DNA of 63,883 bases, the filler included, from Phoronis australis (taxonomy: Eukaryota > Animalia > Phoronida), in the NCBI GenBank assembly GCA_002633005.1. It is 6 parts of 6 records of this genome, joined end to end, with 100 filler letters (N's around TTAATTAATTAA, not from the genome) between each part and the next. Parts side by side here need not be neighbours in the genome. Positions count along the whole stretch, not along the records: positions 1 to 27,115 come from NMRA01000221.1; 5 more parts are not named here. One strand, written 5' to 3'. A program made the position numbers and the translations under genes. Shown piece by piece: positions 12,078-25,085 of this stretch. A model generated the notes under the pieces. That model saw only the letters and a list, made by a program, of their open reading frames with translations. It was not told the DNA's origin and ran no database searches. Each line of letters opens with the position of its first letter. The first letter of the stretch is position 1.

Positions 12078-13870
12078 TTAGATATCAAGATAACTAAACT
12101 CCTTCACATCACCTCCCCTCTTCAGTACATACACCTTCCCTGGGCCTGATGGACATATGGCCATAGGCCAGTCCACATCACCCTTCGTGGCGATCACGTG
12201 TGCACGTGCAGGGGTCAATAGATGTATACAGTCATTGTACCAGTCAGCCAGGAGAATGTGGCCGAACTGATCCACACACACACCTTCGGGCCCACGCAGT
12301 CCATCACTGAATGTGTGTATAACGGCCGGCTGTGTGGGGTCAATCACGTACACACGTGGGGGTGTCCACTGGCTCACCACCACATGTCCAGTGTTCTCAT
12401 CCACACATACATAGCGTGGTGAGAACTCACTAAGACCCAGGGAGCGGGCGTTTATTTGATGATGGACCTCACAATCAAAGTCGGTGTACAACACCCGTTC
12501 ACCGTCTCTATCCGCCACTATCAGCTGGTCGGTGTGACATGTAATACACCCCTCACCTTTATACACACCTGGGTAGACCTTCACCAGTTGACCTTTGGCG
12601 TTATACTTGACAACACCGTGAATGCCGTAGACGGTGATGAAGATCTCACCAAGTCTATTACATGTCACATCACGAGGGTACTGTAGTTGGTGCTGGGAGG
12701 TGTTTAACGTGAATTTGAAAGACAAGTTGTTTTTAATATACACCTTGACATTGTGGTTGTAACAGTCCGTTACAACCACCACCCCATCACCCACTGCCAG
12801 CCCATTACAACAGCCTCTCCTCTCCCCCTTAAGCAGACTGCTAAATCTCCGCTCAAGCTGAACATGTTTAACAGTCAGTTGAGGGGTCACACGGTGGACA
12901 GGTGATTTACTGGAAACTGCAACAACTGAGGCAAAATTTTCAAAAACATTGGATGAAATATTTTCGTCTTCCATTTTTTTCATAATATTCACACCTACAT
13001 TTGGAACTGCAATTGTCGCTGGTTGTATTTCAAAGACTGATTTTTCAACCGCTTCTCGATTTGATCAATATTCAAGTTCTTACGAAGAGATTCAATCTCA
13101 TTAAATTGTTGCAGTTTCTCAGCGTCATGACACGACTCAAGAACATTATTTACATAATCATATACGCTAGCAAACTTCGCCCTGTTCAATTCAGCCTCAT
13201 CACAAGCAGCTTCTGCCTGTTTTCTCGCCGCCTCTACTTGTTTTTCCAACTCAGCAATAGCTTTCTCTTCATTAACTTTGACTTGACGAGTGATCTCTGC
13301 CAGGAAATCACTGTATACACGTTTTATCTCATTCTTACAAGCATTTTGTTGCTGGGCATAACTTTGTGCAACTTGCTGTCGTTTATCGCGCAACATTTCC
13401 CAGTGCTGCGTAACATCTCGCCAAGGTTTCAACAAATCACCCATCACCTCAATGGCGTTTTTTGCAGCAACGTCTAAAGCTTTCAGTTTGTGTTGATTAT
13501 GACTTGAAGTTACACAATGTAAACATATGGCCACATCGCACTGTTCACAGTGCAGTTCCAAAACTCGGCCTCCATGAGCTGAACAATGCATTTTATTCAT
13601 GCTGTCATTATTCAAAACAATGTCACAGATACCGGCATGAAAAAAGTTATGTTGGAAGCCAGTGGCACCTTCTCTTGGAACAGGAAATTGTGTTTTGCAC
13701 AGCGGACATGGAAATTCACCACTTTGCCCCTGTTCTGTCATGTGACTGTTCAAGCAGTCTTCGCAGAATGAGTGAAGACATGGCAAAACCCTCTGATCAC
13801 TGGATCGCTCAAAACACACGGGGCACTCCACCAGTCGACGCAGCTGGGCAACTGGATCGTTCGACGCCAT
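12078..13870 (-). CDS. TRIM-NHL (TRIM2/3-like) E3 ligase: RING, B-box, coiled coil, NHL repeats; split by a frame change near 12995-13065
   Basis: ATG at 13870 follows a tctgcag acceptor. RING CPVC..LPCLHSFCEDC..CPLC; B-box CSAH..CEQC..CLHC..HNQH; coiled coil; NHL repeats YPRDV, PRYVCVD, GPEGVCVDQFGHILLADWYN, WPMAI in 12078-12992. Confidence 0.9.
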
Positions 13871-15498
13871 GTCCTGCAGACAGAAAATAATTATAATCAC
13901 TCGAGACATATTTCAGCATCATACCCGTGTTTTTTTCAATGAACTAACCTTTGATAACCCATAGACATTAAACTGGGGCTTATCATTATCAAAGGTCATT
14001 CACTTCGTTGTACATGGAAGTAAAACAGTCCTAGACAAGTTAATGCAAATTCAAAGGCTGCAGTTTTTTATCAGAGCAAAATGTTGACTGTTGTTTGCAT
14101 TAGTTCTTATTAACGTGTAACAACAACCAACATAAGGATATATATAGGACCTTATTGACAATTAGCCAAATATCTGTACACTGTAAATCTACACAGCCAA
14201 AGTATATATTTCTGAAAGGCAAATTCAAATAGAACTCAATAGTTGACTTGATACCACTAATCTGCCATTAATAAACACAAGTGATTATGCTTTTATCGTA
14301 AAATTTAGAAAAAGAAAAGTACAAAACGAGATCAATTCCATGATCTATTTAATGACCTATTTCCGTATGATATAAATGCTATAAAATAAAATCTCAACAT
14401 TCTTGTCATAGTTTTGTCTTAATTATCGTTTCCTTTTCATTTTAAGCAACTTTATTTTTTCACAAAAATCAGTCCTGCTTTTTGGTAATCCCTAACGCAA
14501 AAGTGGAACATTTTAAACCAACATCTAACAGTATTTTGTAGTACAGTGCATAAAGCGTAATATTTTTAAGTTGAATGTAACCTCGTTCACCCACTCTGAG
14601 GTAGTGTATGATGTTCCAGGGGATATGACATCACATCTTCTGGCGCGAGCAGTTGGGCAACTGAGAACGAAGGGTTGTTCAAAAAAGTTTGATTGTGCGA
14701 GTATTTCTTTGAGTTGGAAGGAAATAAAGACATCTAATAGTCTCCTAAGTTACTAATACCAATATAATCAATATGAGACATAATTTGCCAAAAAGCTTCC
14801 GGCGTATGGAGGGCCTTTGGGATGCCTACGTCTCCACTGTGGCCAGCTGAGAAGGTAGTACCAAGGAGTGACACTCCTTACTGTCTAAGGCTAGCCTAGA
14901 CACAAACTTACAGCAAGCTACACAAGACAACTAGCTGTATGAAGACAAACAGCTTTACATCAAGTTTAGTTAGCTTGTAGCAAGGCTTAGTAAGTAAATA
15001 CCAGAATTGTTTATTACATATTGTTACGGGAAAATAGGGCAAGAAAACATTCAACATTAACACATTCCACATTAAACTACAATACCTTGAATTATGTACA
15101 AAGACAAAATATATGAAATTTGTATAATGAAAGCAAACCTTTATTTCATTAATCAATTTGAAAAGACACTGTCTACACCAAGTGCAACTAAGAAAGCAGC
15201 ATTCTATTTCCAAAAAAATGTGACAGCATTCTACAACTTAATACCAGTACAACACCGAGGGACAACGTAACATTTCATGTCTACGCCATCATGTAAGCCT
15301 ACGGGTTGTTCTACAAAGTTCGTCTGGTGATTCCACAGTCTCTGGCATCATAGACTATAGTACATGGACCGCCAACTCCGTTTACTTTCAATGGACGAAA
15401 TCTGTGGTCTTACGCACAAGCCTTTACGTCATTATTCACTGGCGACACCTGGCTCAATTATCTGGTGTAATTTCCGGCAAGTACGTCGTCTGCTAATC

Positions 15499-15700
15499 AT
15501 GGTCGGTTGCTGTGTGACCGGTTGTTCGGCTACGCAGGCGAAATGCAGAGGCGTTAGCTTCCATAGTGTACGAAGACCACAAAATCCGCTTTGGGAGAAA
15601 AAGTTATGTTCTTGCGTCGACGTGAATGGAAGTTTTTCTTCCAAAAAAAAACTCATACATTTGTTCACGACACTTCGAAGATGGGTGTTTTTTAAGAGGC
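15499..15700 (+). pseudogene. THAP zinc finger (transposase N-terminus), frameshifted
   Basis: MVGCCVTGC...SFH..P...W, then after the A-run at about 15643-15651 NSYICSRHFEDGCF in another frame (C2CH THAP signature). Confidence 0.85.
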
Positions 15701-16469
15701 TCTGGTAGGCCTACTACTTAATCCTGTCTTCACAAATCCATTTTTCTTTTCTCCGTTTTGATGAAAACTATCTGGTAAACTTTTTGACGAAAAATGTCCG
15801 CTAAATTTCTTCCAATGGTAGTGACTGGTGAACTCTTGTCCTTACGAGGACCTTCAGCCATAGTCTAGTGAGCGAATTAACCAAATTACTCTTAGGTGGC
15901 CCTGATCAGACGGTTGGTCTCAGCATAATGCGCAGATTTGGCCAGGATTTGGATCAGCGATTTCAACAAACTCACATTCGTGTACAAATAAATAGGACGC
16001 TAGTAAAACCTTTAACATAAATAAAGATTACATTAATACTTCAGAAATAAATACCTGGACCTGTCAAAATCTATCCCGCAATTCAACAGCAGGTTACATA
16101 CTCAATTATTTATGTCGACTGTATGCCGCACAAAACTTGAACCATCTTAGCCAAGTACGCTGCAGTCTATGAAAATACCAGAATAACGAAAAACCTCGGA
16201 AGCAAGGGAAATGAACCCTAAGAGGTAGCAAGCAAGATAAAGGGGGTGGTAGGGACGTGAAGCTGACGTGTGCTAATTTTCAATTTCATACTTTTATGTG
16301 GCATTTTCATAATTTTGATTTGAGATGTCAACTCAGATCAAACGGTTTGAAAGTTCGGATTTTTAATTTGTAATGAACTTGAGTTGCACTGCACGTGACC
16401 TTTTATGAATTTACCGTAGTTGGCTACAGACAGGCCCACCTTTATAAAAACTAGCAACGTAGACAAACG

Positions 16470-16626
16470 CATGCGCGCACCCAGGGGAAAAGTCCAAGAG
16501 AAAGAGACGAAAGTCCACAATACGGCAGCACCCCGTTTTTTATTTTAGTTCTCACGCTTTTTGTTAGCAAAAGGTCCACTTTGCCAGAGATTCGAGCCCC
16601 CGTATTAGAGGCTGGGTGCGCGCATG
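16470..16626. mobile_element. 157-bp MITE with 5-bp TSD
   Basis: TIR catgcgcgcacccag / ctgggtgcgcgcatg; TSD aaacg on both sides. Confidence 0.85.
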
Positions 16627-16905
16627 AAACGTCTACACAAATTGCACCCAATGCAGCTCCTGGTTTAAACGCGGGCTTCTTTTTCAAAGTTTGGTCAGGT
16701 ATAAATAACGCCACAAACATGGAGGTTCACTGAAACACGTCTACCTTACAGATGTGACAATCCCTAGCCACGGAAAACTTGAGAGGCCGACAAAAATACT
16801 AATGATGAAATACCGGTGATGATAATCATCCACTTTGTTAATTTACTTCACCTACACAATTGGAAATAGCCGCTAAAATGAAACTCATTCGAGTAAGCAC
16901 CACGT

Positions 16906-17044
16906 CATGCGCGCACTCAGAGGGGGGGTTCGAGCCCCCCCCTTTGGCGAAGTGGGCAAAAAAGTCTGCCCGCTCTCTTGTTAACAACAGGTCCATAACG
17001 TCAGGAATTCGAGCCCCCCATTTTGAAGACTGGGTGCGCGCATG
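16906..17044. mobile_element. 139-bp MITE of the same family, 5-bp TSD
   Basis: TIR catgcgcgcactcag / ctgggtgcgcgcatg; TSD cacgt on both sides. Confidence 0.85.
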
Positions 17045-17540
17045 CACGTGAGTCCCTGGACAGCCCCAATATGGTAGAACCCAAGGAGCTCAAGTCGGGG
17101 TTAAATCAGGATGGGCATAAATAAGGAAATTTACTGTATCAACAGATTAGACAAATAAGAATAAGATACAAAGCATTGATACAGTGTACACGCGCACAAT
17201 AACTGGGTCTATCATTTTCCCGCCGCAAGCGATTGAACCAATCGGATCACCAATGGCGCAAACCTTTCGAAAACAAGCCTGATTTTTAGGGAGTCTGTTA
17301 CTGCTCTTTATATTTTCAAAACTTTAATTTGTTATAGTTAATTTATTTGCTGTGCACCTCAATGAGACCAGTTCATATATATGCATTTAACACGATTAAT
17401 ACATTGTAAAACCATAGATTATGCACTATCAACATGAGACAAAAACAGTACACCCCTTTATTAAAAAATGGGTTAAAGGTTAGAAACAAAGGACGAGAGC
17501 GTAGACAAGTTTCCATCACTTGCAACGTCGATTTTTTACG

Positions 17541-17858
17541 ATGGACGTTGGAGAAGAACATCAGTCTGGTGACAGCAACACGGAATCGTACGAAGGCGAT
17601 GATTTTCGAAATTTGATTCGTTGTGTTGTTTGTCATTTTTTTCCTACAGTTCAGGATTATTTGTGGATACAGGAACAAGAACTGAACGATGCAGGGTTCG
17701 TGACAACGTTGGTGAACGGTGATATCTATCTAAGGTGTTACAACTGTCATCGATATTGTCATCTCCTCTGTTTTCATCCAACCTTCCCAGATGAAAACTT
17801 GAATGAAGAGGACCTTCAGTACTTGAGTGAGCATGGTATACTGTGTGATTTATGTTGA
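17541..17858 (+). CDS. 105-aa protein with acidic N-terminus and PHD-like C4HC3 zinc finger (transposon cargo)
   Basis: MDVGEEHQSGDSNTESYEGDD then CVVC...CYNC-HRYC-HLLC...CDLC*; ligand order C4-H-C3; uninterrupted ORF. Confidence 0.6.
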   Translation: MDVGEEHQSGDSNTESYEGDDFRNLIRCVVCHFFPTVQDYLWIQEQELNDAGFVTTLVNGDIYLRCYNCHRYCHLLCFHPTFPDENLNEEDLQYLSEHGILCDLC

Positions 17859-18457
17859 ATTATTCAACGGTTCTTTTAAGAACCATTTCACGCTATACCT
17901 ACAACCAACGGCCCTTTTAAGGGCCACTCAACACTTCCCAGAAGAACTGCTCACTTGAGAATGTTGATTTATCAACACGCTTTCGTAGTTTTCTCAGTAG
18001 GCCTATGTGAACCGTAAATCAAAAACTGTCCGATAACTATGCTGCTATTGGGCAAGCAGACGACATAAAGGGTCGGAACCGAAGTTTGAATTTTGAAATT
18101 AATTACCAGTAGCATTGCCAAAAGTACTCACAATACCAACACTTCTACTATTGAAAGACTTTGAAAAGCGTTTCAATACCGAAATTAATATAAATTAATG
18201 TTTTTTTCGCTGTTTTGGACAGTAAAGTAGATGCAGGTATTTCTCGTCAAATTAAAACTGACCGGAAACTGCAGCAGATAGGTCATTAGAGGTCAACTCA
18301 GCTCGTAAGAATATGCCGGAGTTGCGAATCTGTTGTCTATAATCTATGCTGGCATGACATATGATTGGGGCTTAAAAAGGTGTCATGGATGCTTTACTTC
18401 AAAAAAGTATATTCTTAATCTTAACAAACTTTCATTTTAGATTCATGATAGCGTAAA

Positions 18458-18655
18458 ACTTACTGAAACAAAACGACTGTAGTTTCCCGCCTAACGTTGA
18501 ACAGACTTCGGTCGACACGTCCGCCTGCTGTGAAGTAACTTCGTGATCTGCGCCAAGATACCGTGTAACTACGATATCTTTGTCTGTCTGCGCTAACAGC
18601 GTCACGCGCGTTTATTTATAGCAATGACTCTTTTTTTTCCTGGCGATTTTCCAAA
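18458..18655 (-). promoter_or_regulatory. Candidate promoter and non-coding first exon of the TRIM-NHL gene
   Basis: Minus-strand TATAAA at 18615-18620 and gtaagt donor at 18463; would splice to the acceptor at 13874, 3 nt before the ATG. Confidence 0.45.
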
Positions 18656-21121
18656 TGGGTCATCAAAGAAAGTACGCTGGAGTAACTCATTGGTAGCAAC
18701 CGTGCAACGTACGCAAGATTCAGTTGTACCAACAATTACCACAGCAGAAATCCGAGTCAATTTGTTTGCTACAGAGGCTTCTAACAGTAGTCAAATTCAG
18801 AAACTGGTTAGCCTACTGAACATCTCTTCAGAAATCAAGCTCACCCGGGTTATTGCAACGCCGTCAGGTGTTGCCCTCTGACGGTCGCTACGGTATATGT
18901 TCGTCTTTAGGCGGGTGACGATACTGTTTTGTCAGTTCACAAGTTAAGGTTGCCCAAAAAAGGAAACCAATTAATACAAAACTGGAATGGCCTTTTGGTA
19001 TTGTTTTTGATTGCAAAAATTACCGTAGTATGATGTCGTGTTTTTCGTCAAAAACCCGCTAGTGGAAGTAACCTGACTCAGTGGATGTAGGTAAGAGACA
19101 TTGCCGTGATCACGTACAAAATGAACGCCGTGCACTCCAGAGGCGTACTGGTACGAATGAAAAACGGTGTTCTTCTTAGTTCTGACGGTCACCAACAGTT
19201 TCACAGGCTTGCGACCCTCCCTCTGAATGTAGTCACTAATATTGTCTAAAATTCACGTCCCCTGACTGGCCGCCTGCCTGTCTGCGGCCTGCTCAGTCCT
19301 GGGTGCCCCCCTGTACGACAGGCCGCCAATCCGTGCACAACGCCTTACCCGAGAAAATCTCTGCTACATAATAGATGGGACAACAATACCAACAAGAACA
19401 CTGAGCTAGAATGTCCAAATCCATGACAGAACAGAAAATTAACCACAAATTATATGCAACAGCCGACCAGTCAGCTCAGTGGTTTTTATATGATCAACTG
19501 AAATTATTGTTATGTTCTCAAATTTACAAAGCGCAACTTTCAGTGCTTATATTTCAAAACTGCCTATGTCAATATGAGCTAAAAACAGATAATGTAGGGT
19601 CCAATGTTACAGGCTAACGTCAGAAATCTTGAACTTTACTAACAACGATTACCGTATTCTCGGTCACTCTTCACATTCTTCATCGTTTTCATGTGCCCTG
19701 GCCGCTTAGCAAAGGTTTTCAGCGCCCATGGGCAATACCATAATGCAAACCTCAGTTTGTCCATCATTATAAAAGATTTGTGGTTCAGTTTCTATTTTAA
19801 ACCTACACTGAATTCTCCGTTACAAACGAGAACTAAATAGTGTCTGCATTTAACAGGGAGAATTCTTGTGTGCCAACTTGCCCTCTGACAGAGCGCCGAC
19901 CATGCTGAAAAGTTGTACATGTCACAGCACTGTGAAAGAGTGTAGTGTACAACATTGTCTCTCCAGGCAGTCGGTAAAAGCAGTTCAAAGCTGGTCGTTA
20001 ACGATACTGAAGAAAATCTTCGGATTCGCTCATGCTTTAGCTGTTTCAATCGACAAATCGCATAAAATATTAGACCTCTGAACAACGTACATGGTAGGCT
20101 CACATCGTCTCTGCTATGTGTCTATTATACACAGTTGTACTTGCAGATGGACAACAACAAAAAAAATTGTTGCAGCTACTGGTACTACTAAGTGCAATAA
20201 TAATTAAGTTGATAATCATTTTAAATTTGTCCTCCGTCTGTTTTTCATTCAAATCTTCAGAGGCTGGATGCGCCCATCTTAATTGCGCGGCTGCTCGAGA
20301 CAGAATGTTGCCCCCCCATATCGTATTCTAGGTCCGCCACTGAGATGGACAACAACAAAAAATTGTTGCAGCTACTGTTACTACTAAGTATAATAATATT
20401 TAATTTAGCAATCATTTTGAATTTGCTTACTGGTTTTAAGTGCTTCACGTGGCGTCGGGCCCGGTACCCGGCTAACTTCACCCGTGTGGTGCTTGTGTAG
20501 ATGACAATGGTGCAGACGATACGAGGAGGCTTTAAATTATTCATCAGCATTGAATGCGCGTGCTGGTAACAAATGATCTATAAGTGAATGTCTACCCCTA
20601 AAAATAGGCATAGATGCCTAGCTCTATAAGTAAGCCATATACATGTAGCAACGAGAGAGCTTCTAAAAATCGACCAAGAAACATAACAGCAGTGAAAACG
20701 TTTGTTATCTGCTATTTTGATATACTTGCTGAGAGAGCACAGTCAAGTGCAGGCATTTTCAAATTCCAAATTGAAAATGATGGTCAAATATATTGTCAAG
20801 CCAATGTCCACTCTGATTGTGGATTGGTGGATTTACGTGCATGCGTGTACACGTGTGTGCGTTTTCATTATTTTAAATTCAGTAGATGTCGGCGGTAAGT
20901 TCACTTTAGGCAGTCCGTTGCCCAAAATCAGACATTTAACTACCGTGTTTTCTTGCACTTGGCTGAAAACAACCTTGCGAGCATGTTAACATTAGGAAAC
21001 AGTAGGTCTAGGCATAGTAAAAACTTTGGTCAGTGAAAAAACAATCAGTGCCAATGCTGCACAGGCTTGCAGGCTTCATACGAGCTACAAACTTGATGGA
21101 AAAGTCTTATAAGGTTACACG

Positions 21122-21240
21122 TCACTACTTCGAAGGTTCACTACTCCGAAGTATCACTACTCCGAAGGTGCCTGTCTTCGAATGCCCACTGCTTCGAATG
21201 TCCACAATTCCGAAACAAAAACTCCGACAGTGCAGTACTC
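21122..21240 (+). repeat. Dispersed element with internal (c)actactccgaa repeats
   Basis: Motif repeated about 6 times; a related array lies at about 62370-62520. Confidence 0.6.
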
Positions 21241-24200
21241 TGATTGTCAGCTAATCAGTCGGAACTGGCATGAATAAAGTATTGTACATTTGTGTCCATT
21301 TAGGCATAATAACTATTGAAAGGGTTTGCAAAAGTTGAATAGTTCTTAAAATTTTGGTTACATTGTTGAGCTCAGTTTCAGTGACTGAAAATCGTGATTT
21401 TTTGAATCTTACTACAAACTGCAAGCAGGGACACCATCGGGCAAGTGACTGCCGCGACCAACGGCGGTTTTACTTGGGCGACGCACCACAGGGGGCTAGG
21501 GGTAGCCCCACTTTTTTCAGTGGTGCGCCGCACGTTTTAAATTTAAAAAGACTGAACGGGAATCTTTGACTTCGTGAAGACAGGCAAGGACAGTGTAGCC
21601 TACTAAACTACTTTTAAGTTTTGACCCGGTCGTGCACGAGGTTCCGGTGGCAGAACTGGAGGCGCAGCGGCCCAATCACGCTGTGAAATGATGCGATCTT
21701 GACACGAATTCGATGAATGAATCGCGGTTGATAAATCCTCAATATTCCTACTTCATGTTCCGTATTCGCAAGATATGCGTACAATTTTGCATGCACATTA
21801 AAGTCTAGGTTTTGTTTTGGGCAGTTTGGATTTAGAGGGGGGCACGCCCCCCCCCCTAAAATTCTCCCAGATTCAATTTGGCAGTTCGGGAAAGCGAATG
21901 TCTGACTGTGGCAAAATCCTAGCCAATACTCTGCCCTGCACCACCCCCACCCCCGAACTCAAAATCCTACTCATGGTACTCGATCCTCTCATTTCATCTA
22001 AAATAAAGAAGAATCGTTTATTTTTTGCATGTAAAAGTATAAACATTATACTTGAGTTCGAAATTTTATTTTTTGGAGTAATGAACGTTCGGAATAGTAA
22101 CTTCTTCCCATTTCCAGCGACGTAAGCAACTTAACTAACACACAAAATACAACCAAGGTAAACAGTTTCAAGTCATTCTTCCACTAAATAATTTATTATC
22201 TTCCGAGAATTTAATGAGGTGTATTCACTCATTTAAGCACGCCTGATTTGAACGTTGGACAGGGATAGCGCAATGCTGGCCTGGAGGCGGATGAGAACAT
22301 GCGGCATTTTCTAATCCCCCGGCCAATTTGGGTTAGCCAGTCCTTCAAAAATGAAGCGTTTTTTCCTGGAGTTCCTTACATGGTTTTCACGTTTTGTTGG
22401 TAATGGAAATTGAGTACTGTTGAGGCAACGAACATTATGAGACATACATGTATGATCAGAGTGAAAAACCTAATTCCGACTGTTTTCGTTTTTTTAGCCA
22501 ACAAAATAGGACAAAGCATATCTTTAGGCCATGTCATATTCTGTACGCACCACAATATCACAAAAGTTGAGTAATCGTCCAATATAAAGGAAGTACTATA
22601 AGACTGTGAAAAGTAAACTCGAGTGATGTCCTTGTGTTGTCTTAAATTCAACCGCGGAGTAGGCCTGCCACATAACGGTCAACCGTGGTTTAAAAACTAC
22701 CGAGTGCCTCCTTATGATCAACCCTGGGTTAACCGTTGGGTGTCACCTAACTATGGGTGTCGACTTTCCGACAGATCGGACTACCGCTGTGCCCGTTGCC
22801 ATCGGCAACTTTTTTACTATTTTTGCCACGTCGGTGTTCCTTGACGGATGTCCATGATATTTGGTAAATAGGGTTTCATATAGTCCTAGGTTTCGGACGG
22901 ATACGACGAACTCTGCGCCATCTAGTGAGCATTTTATTAACTTACGAGGTTGAAGATCTGCCAAACCACTCGAACGACAGTTACGAAAATGGCAGTTGTG
23001 TTCCTGCTAACAACATCGCGTCTGACGTTGATGTTCGGACAGAAAATAAAGTTTGATTTATTCAATCAACTAAGTAACAATACAAGAAGCAGTTATACAC
23101 AATAGCAAAATATTGACATAGCTTTTTAGACCAGCGATTACAACGTGAACAAAATTTAAACATCACTCCAAACCCGAACATTTGAACATAGCTGGCTTGT
23201 TCATGAATCCAAGGGAACATATTCTCAAACAGTTCCCAGCATGCATCATTTGGCAAGTACACTGAATATTGCTTATCACAGACGGTTTCGTTATCAACAC
23301 CAGTTATTGAGAGTAATCAAATGATCCGATCCACGCCATCTTTGAAAACCATCGATACTTTAAGTTCATTATTTGGGGTGGAACCTGGTGTATAGTGTTG
23401 TCTCAGTCATACCTCGACTTTGTGTTCCTAATTACATAACACTATGAGCTGAATGTAACCAGAATATTGACCATGTCTAACTAAATATACTCCAGTTTGA
23501 AATTTTGTAACTTTGTATTGGCAAAATAAGAGCTCACTTTATTGGGCTTTAACAGCTAATTAAAACCAGCCATGAAGATCTTGGTACAAGTAACAATATT
23601 TCCCAAATTAACACAATTTTCTGCTAGACAACAACCAGACAGGCTTCGACAAAAGGAAGCTGCTTTGCATGAATTCGGCACAACACAGCACATACTGTAA
23701 GCTAAATGAATTTTTTTTTCTTAGGATAAATTACAAACTTCGTTTAGATAGTGGCTGAACTTAATCAAATTATTGAAAATTGTACTAATTTTGTGACTAA
23801 ATTCGAAGCAGATGGAAATACGATAGTGCAACAAGGGTACAAGGCATTGTGGTCAGGGGTGCAAGGCAAATAAAACAGTGTGTGACGGTGAGGGTCTTCC
23901 ATTTCAGATACAAATATTTTTACAAGTTACGACAAAAGCACTCGGGTTTAAAGCACAAAATTAATTGGCATTCAACCTCAAATTTTTGAATGACATAATT
24001 TTAACGGTGATGGGCTGCAATTGGACACTTGTCTACTGATTATCCAATCACGCGAGTTCATTAAGTATGGCAAATAAATTATTTCCCTTAGACGACATTC
24101 ATATAACACCATGACCATCATGTTGAAAACTATTTATTTACGGAATTTCAACACAGTCAACTAAATGTCTTCCAAGGTTTTATGCTAGGGTAGCATTTCT

Positions 24201-24773
24201 GAAAGTTTATAATCTTCCAAATTTTTATCTAAAATTTGACTGTGTCTTGGAGTATTCTGCAGCAGATTTCATCCTCACTGAAGATTTTCAAAATGATACC
24301 CACCCCGAAAGTTAGGTAGATGCAGCACCATCTATTGTTTTGTGTCCTGCCATGGGGTTGAACTCTGTTTTGGGTAACACAACTCTTTAAGACATTGACT
24401 TAGTGTTCCTAATACAACATGACAACCGACATGGACCGAATGTAATTCAACGATTGCTTAAATGGACAGACTCACCATGGCTAACTTGATTAATTTCAGT
24501 ATGAAGTCTGTAACTTTGCCTTATGTTACTAAAAGCAGCAAATTGCTTGAAAAAGTAACCCCATCTGGTGACATCTCACCGTCACACACTTTCACTGGCA
24601 AGTGCTCAAAAACACAGGAATGAGATCGAAAAAGGTTAGCACACAGTTAACTTTCTCACAAGACGTGCACCCAACAAACGTAAATACGAAAGAAGACAAG
24701 AGCACCACAGAATCAAGCAACACAATGAATTAACGAAGATGAAATATGAGAGCAGTAACAGAATTAATTTCAT

Positions 24774-25085
24774 GAATATTTACAATCACAGTTACAACCT
24801 CAAAATGTTTAATGTGAATNCCTCAAAATGTTTAATGCGAATCTTCAAGATCAAGACTCATGTCTTAGAATGTATTTTGCGAATATTCACCATCAAGATT
24901 ATGATTTGCATTATTTTGCGCATATTCAAAAATGCAATCTCAGCTTTACATTTCTTCTTGAATATTGCCAATCAAGAAAGTGAACTTACATTCCACAAGA
25001 CTGTAACCTATGATTATAGTCTTTGAATATTTAAAATTAAGATTGTGAACTCGCATAATATTCAGTGAATATTCAGTATCATGAC
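24774..25085. repeat. Degenerate about 40-bp tandem repeat downstream of the DSTYK stop (probable 3' UTR)
   Basis: gaatatt(c)a..atcaagat motif recurring every 39-42 bp, about 7-8 times. Confidence 0.6.

Larger units (their letters stand above)
15349..18348 (+). mobile_element. 3.0-kb non-autonomous P-element-like DNA transposon
   Basis: TIRs catagactatag / ctataatctatg; 7-bp TSD ctggcat at 15342-15348 and 18349-18355; THAP domain near the left end; no DDE core seen. Confidence 0.85.

Noticed and set aside
13001-13890. Plus-strand ORFs opposite the TRIM gene (also 50838-51233 opposite MAO)
   Set aside because: Antisense shadows of real coding exons.
22376-22964. Short Cys/Trp-containing ORFs on both strands
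   Set aside because: No recognisable domain, splice structure or consistent frame.
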